The position numbers and the translations under genes are program-made. A model generated the notes under the pieces. It was not told the DNA's origin. It was given only the letters and a program-made list of their open reading frames with translations, and ran no database searches. Below are positions 59,176-64,000 of a DNA stretch of 64,000 bases, one piece after another; within the stretch, counting starts at the first letter, position 1, and each line of letters begins with the position of its first letter. This stretch comes from Octopus vulgaris (Eukaryota): positions 50,964,001 through 51,028,000 of the forward strand of contig OX597832.1 of the NCBI GenBank assembly GCA_951406725.2, given 5' to 3'.

Positions 59176-59620
59176 ATAGTTTATAGGTACTTTTGTTTAC
59201 TAAGTAACCTTGGCGTTTTCTACATTTAAAGAAAGACGTTATGTGTCATCGGCCATTTGAGTCTGAGGAGTTGCCTATACAGCTTAGCGCTTTATAGGAG
59301 CGAAACGAATGGCTACTCTTTGACCATCCATAATAAACTTAATAGATACTCTCTCTCTTCTCTCTTTCCCTCCCTCACTCTTCTTTGTCTCTGAAAGAAA
59401 TCGGTTGTGTTCACAACTGGAGAAGAACGGGTTCCGTCTGGCCTAAAAATGCCCGCGGCTCGCAGTATGTCGTAACGGCGTCCCTACGACTAGGCAAGGC
59501 AAAATATAAAGTACCAAGTACTTGAGTCGAATAATAATTCTTATAACGTATCCTAATTGATGCGAATCGAATCGAATCATAACTGAAGACAATACTATTA
59601 GAAAATGTTACATCCCTTTT

Positions 59621-60037
59621 GGATCTTTTCGGTTTGAACGGCAGATTTTAGCATAATTTCTAGGTAACTAAAAAATTTAAAACTTCGTATACTGGTAGAA
59701 TGTGTTTATAAAACATCTTTTTGTCTTGGCTTTATTGAGAAAATTCTATAGTTTGTAAGATATTTGTTGTTTTTTTCTTCAATTTCTGCAATTTCAACCA
59801 ATCAGTGACGTCTATTGAGTTAAAAAGCATTCTGTGCCGTATAAATATGTCCCTCGTTTAAGAAACAGATTGGGTTTATTTACATTTCTGAAGAAAAAAA
59901 ATATACCCTTCCCCCCACCCCTAACCCTAACCCTAAAATAGATTGAAATGCAATAGATCGATACTAGGGTCATAATTATGGGTGACAATTTCATATGACA
60001 CTGCTAGAAAAAACTACCGTTCAAACCGAAAAGATCC
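59621..60037 (-). mobile_element. TIR MITE with TTAGGG repeats (second copy)
   Basis: Reverse-complement copy of 26546-26988; no recognisable TSD. Confidence 0.82.
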
Positions 60038-60084
60038 GAGATGGGAACTTTGTAAATTCAATGAATTGCATTGAAATATAAGAA

Positions 60085-60690
60085 TACATTTGTTATAATT
60101 ATAAATTACTTGCTACACAACAAGAACGCAGCCAGCTATCCCCAAAAGTTGGGATCAAATATGAGCATAATGCTGCACTATTTCCGATGTGTCTACCGTG
60201 TTAAATTCCCTGGAAATCTCAAGTGTCAAGCAATAAGAACGTTTTCATCAGAACATGAAATCATATGAACATATGAAGGCAGATACGACTTGCAAATGAT
60301 GGCGGATCACTGCAGGAACGTGGTTCGTGATCTTCTTGAGGTCCAGCACTCAAGAAAATCATCCACACGCAAATTCGTATTGCATAAACAATAATGTAAT
60401 TTGTCTGCAGAAATTTTAAGAGTTTTACAAGTTTTTCGGTAGAATTTTAAGAAAACATTCTGGGTTTGAAGAAAAACCAATTTCTGTGTACGTTCGTATG
60501 TTATGCCTTGTTCCTCACAAGCTGTTTTATTTAAGAAAAACAAAGAAAGAAAGAAAAAACAATGAAATTCTACGGATCCAGTATCATAAAACCCTGACGT
60601 GGTGGTAATAAACGGATATCATTTTCGGATTTTGTGTGTCAAAATACTTTTAGTTTAAGCTCAAATATTTTGACAACAGAAAACTTTTTC
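60085..60690 (+). mobile_element. Decayed Chapaev3-like (CMC) transposase C-terminus and 3' region
   Basis: Broken frames give FVIIINYLLHNKNAASY..QKLGSNMSIMLHYF..FPGNL..ERFHQNMK..YEGRYDLQMMADHC. This matches the remembered MSxKxHFLHSHLDxFPxNLG..GERFHQD..YQGRW..MMADYC motif series. Confidence 0.55.
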
Positions 60691-60788
60691 CTTTTTTTCT
60701 TTTCTTTTTGTTGGCCTATGTTATTGATGAAATAAAAAACAATGAACTGCAACGGGTTGCAAGATTAATATTTATTCTTCTCAGTGAC

Positions 60789-61240
60789 TTAAAAAAAGTA
60801 CATCTGATTCCTTTCGGTGTAAGTAGAATACGCGACGTATATGGCAATAAACAAAAACAGCCATATAACTGCATAATCAAAACAGACCAAGAAGTTTTTG
60901 AAATGCAACTGCCGATTATTACTATATTTAATGGCGTAAACTTTGTTCATATTGTTGTCAGCGCGTTCTGAATTATCGGGAGACTCTTTGTTATTCTGAT
61001 TTTCATCTGATATAGCATTTACAACCATATGTTGCTGGTTCTTGTTTTGTTCATGTTGATGTTGCTTAATAAACTTAGGTGTCTGAGTAACGAAAGCGTT
61101 ACTGCCAGCCGAATCTGGGAAACGATTTGCGCATGTATTTCTCGACGATTTATTTACAGCAGCCTCATGTTTATAATTCAACGAACTATCTACCTCCGAA
61201 AAAATTCTCTCCCCATCATTTTTATGTAGAGGAGCCAAAA
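60789..61240 (-). CDS. Probable terminal coding exon of an unknown convergent gene with a C-terminal transmembrane helix
   Basis: 150-codon stop-free non-repeat frame preceded on - by TTTCATTTGTTTCCTAG acceptor. Polar N/Q-rich linker, then FLVCFDYAVIWLFLFIAIYVAYSTY, a short tail and TAA. No family recognised. Confidence 0.45.
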
Positions 61241-61626
61241 CTAGGAAACAAATGAAATAGATAGTACTCATTGGAGACATTTCAAGTCCCCTAAACGTAA
61301 ACTTCGAAAATTAGTGTATTGATTTAGCGTTGCTAACGTTATCAAGGGACATAACGTGAGAGGAACTGCTGACTATATAGTGATGTAATAAATCAGCGAA
61401 ATGAGATCAAGTGAAGTGGCAGAAACGTCAGAGCGTCGGACAAATTGCAACGAGGTATTTATTTGTTCCCACTCCTTACGTTCCAAGTTCGAATACATCC
61501 GAGGTTAGCTTTAGCTCTCTTAGGATGCTCTGATCAAATTTAAGGCATAATTTGATAAATGACAAGAGAATGTTAACAAGAAAATTCTTTATCGACTTAG
61601 TCCGTCAAAACGATAGGTGAGGATTG

Positions 61627-62038
61627 GGATCTTTTCGGTTTGAACGGCAGTTTTTTCTAGCGGTGTCATATGAAATTGTTACCCATAATTATGACCCTAG
61701 AATCGATCTACTGCATTTCAATCTATTTTAGGGTTAGGGGTGGGGGGTAGGGTATCTTTTTTTTCTTCAGAAATTTAAATAAACCCAATCTGTTTCTTAA
61801 ACGAGGGATATATTCATACGGCACAGAATGTTTTCACCTCAATAGACGGTCATTGATTGGTTGAAATTGCCGAAATGCAAGAAATTAAAGACCTAATATC
61901 TTACAAACTATAGAATTTTCTCAATAAAGCCAAGAGAAAAAGATGTTTTATAAACACATTCTACCAGTATACGAAGTTTTAAATTTTTTAGCTACCTAGA
62001 AATTATGTTAAAAACTGCCGTTCAAACCGAAAAGATTC
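61627..62038 (+). mobile_element. TIR MITE with TTAGGG repeats (third copy)
   Basis: Perfect 8-bp TSD GAGGATTG (61619-26 and 62039-46). Confidence 0.87.
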
Positions 62039-62554
62039 GAGGATTGTTTTGGTTGAGGCTAAGTCGATAAAGTGAAAAAGAAAGAGTCGTTGGAATAGTC
62101 AGGCACCCTCGCGAGCCTATATATTGGTTTGAGTGAAGTGCAAAGTATTATCTACCTTTCACGAATATATATATATATATATAGACACACACACATATAT
62201 TAGGGAGTATAACTCCAAACTTACAGGGAAAAATTCAATTTAGTATTAAATCAAATTTCACAATATATATATATATATATATAGAATATCAATTAGAGAA
62301 AAAAAACAACTATTATGCAATTCAAGCAATATACTTATATATTGATTATTCATTTTTATACTTTTTGTGATCAAGTTATATGTTTTACAAAAATATATTT
62401 ATTTTTTATTTATGATTTGGTTTATGTCTATCATTGTTTGAATTGCATAATAGTGGGTTTTTTTCTCTAATTTATATCATATATATATATATATATATAT
62501 ATATGGAAAAAAGTCAAGGTAGAAAATGCTAAAATAATTTTATAAAAAACATTT

Positions 62555-62590
62555 CAGTACCGGTTTCAGTCATTGAGACTTTTTTAACTG
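62555..62590 (-). ncRNA. Degenerate hammerhead motif (U3-A8 type, G5 lost)
   Basis: Reverse complement CAG-TTAAAAA-AGTC TCAAT GACT-GAA-ACCGGT-A-CTG. Confidence 0.42.
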
Positions 62591-62780
62591 TAAGTATGGA
62601 AAACAATTAAATTTTGGAAAAATTTGCAATTATTTGAAGAATATTTGCATAGTATTTAAATACAGGGGGGTATTTCCCTAGTTTCTGCCTGTCTCTATCT
62701 CTCGTTTACTCTTGTGGGTTCGAGGACGTTGTGAATTCTTGGCAGAGAAGAAGAAGAAGAAGAATGCGGGAGTGCCATGA

Positions 62781-62831
<51 letters not shown>

Positions 62832-63302
62832 CTATCACTGCCTCATAGACAGAAAAGGACCCAGATTAAGAGAGGAAATGTTTAAAAATTGAAATTGCTT
62901 TGGAAAAATAATTCATTCAGAATCATAATTTTCATTGTATGATATACAGAAAAACTAACAGAAATGAAGGGGGCAAAAACTATAATCCATTGCCATTTTT
63001 CTTTCCCATGAAGTGGTAAAAGCTATTCCAGAATTCCGCCCCAGTGCTTGACTGGCGCTTTGTTTATCGACCCATAATGCATCATAGGTAAAGTTGACCG
63101 TAGCACGATTTGAACTCGCGAGTGGCTAAATGAATGCCGCAAAACATTCTAGTCGACGCTCTTACCGACTGTCGACTTCCTACGTCTAAGATTCCTAAAG
63201 ACACGCGTGATATATCATGACGGCGCCCCTACGACCCTGCTAAGAGTTGAGGACCCAATTAAAGAAAATATACAAACATATCTACACACACACATACACA
63301 CA

Positions 63303-63845
63303 CCAGTACAACCTGTTGCATGGTCGGGTCGTCGGCGACTAAACCGGCAACCCCACCAAGCTTGCTTGGTGAGGAGGGTGTTTATTGGACACCCTGCGGG
63401 ATGAAAAACAAAACCCGTCAAAGGGCGGAGGAACTCTTGAGAGTCAACGGCCGTCCAATAAATGTCTTAAGGCTGTATCATGCGTGGGGACATAGAAATA
63501 ATCGGACTGAATACCTGATCGCGCGGTTAAACCATTGGGAGTGAAGGACTCCTAGCCTTTGTTAAGGCATCCTTCTAGGAGAAGGTAACTCAGGTAACTG
63601 GGATAACTCCGACATAAAACTGCGGCTCAGTGATTACCGATGATGCTGACTTGTTCTTCTTTTCGGATTATGGCTGTTGTTGCTTAGGATTGACTCAGTG
63701 CACAGCCTTTCCTCACTTTAAAAAATAATCTTCTTGCACAGGCATTGCACGATAACAACATTGATTAAGCTTCGCGCAATGGCCATACTTGATAACGAGG
63801 GGGCAGCCACCATGTATGTATGTATGTATGTATGTATGTATGTAT
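63303..63845 (+). mobile_element. Short internally deleted RTE derivative (5' UTR fused to 3' end, (ATGT)n tail)
   Basis: RTE-type 5' UTR motif GGCATCCTTCTAGGAGAAGGTAACTC; last ~45 nt match the 3' UTR at 10267-10310; no ORF2. Confidence 0.65.
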
Positions 63846-63849
63846 ATAT

Positions 63850-64000
63850 CATGGGTAACATGCGGCCCGCCTCGCCAAGAACCATGTCTCATGCGGGCCG
63901 CTTCTCGAAAAAAGTTGCGCGCGCGTAATTATACCCGTCGCTAGCAATCCAGGATAATTTGGAAACAGAAACTACCATTGTTTCCTTTTATGCTATTATA
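63850..64000 (+). mobile_element. Possible hAT-like terminal fragment
   Basis: TGGGTAACATGCGGCCCGC..TGCGGGCCGC subterminal motifs; truncated by the window edge. Confidence 0.4.

Noticed and set aside
59621-62038. Composite transposon formed by two inverted MITEs capturing the 60789-61240 exon
   Set aside because: The right copy has its own perfect 8-bp TSD, showing independent insertion, and there is no shared outer TSD.

Overview
Eukaryotic, AT-rich, microsatellite- and SINE-saturated genomic DNA. The repeat content (tRNA-derived SINE families, (ATGT)n/(TA)n seas, RTE and Penelope-like relics) points to a coleoid cephalopod, most likely Octopus; this is recognition, not a database result. 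One clear protein-coding gene is present on the + strand: four phase-compatible GT-AG exons (30858-31191, 34765-35035, 37589-37970, 41739-42436) encoding TM2-TM12 and a long cytosolic tail of an SLC16/MCT-like MFS transporter. Its first coding exon(s) were not found. A probable terminal exon of a second, convergent gene lies at 60789-61240 (-). Almost all other ORFs in the track are microsatellite or SINE artefacts. Mobile DNA includes about 40 SINE copies or fragments, RTE/HERO-like LINE ends, two Penelope-like (Naiad-type GIY-YIG) fragments, a Helitron-like element and several DNA-transposon MITEs. The most notable unannotated signal is a set of at least seven minimal hammerhead-ribozyme motifs in short microsatellite-associated units. 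They include a fully canonical copy and recurrent core variants (G3-C8 swap, A6U, U4C, U3-A8). Other signals are a near-perfect 482-bp palindrome, other dsRNA-forming inverted repeats, an internally deleted RTE derivative with an HDV-like 5' motif, and a CpG-decayed domain downstream of the gene.
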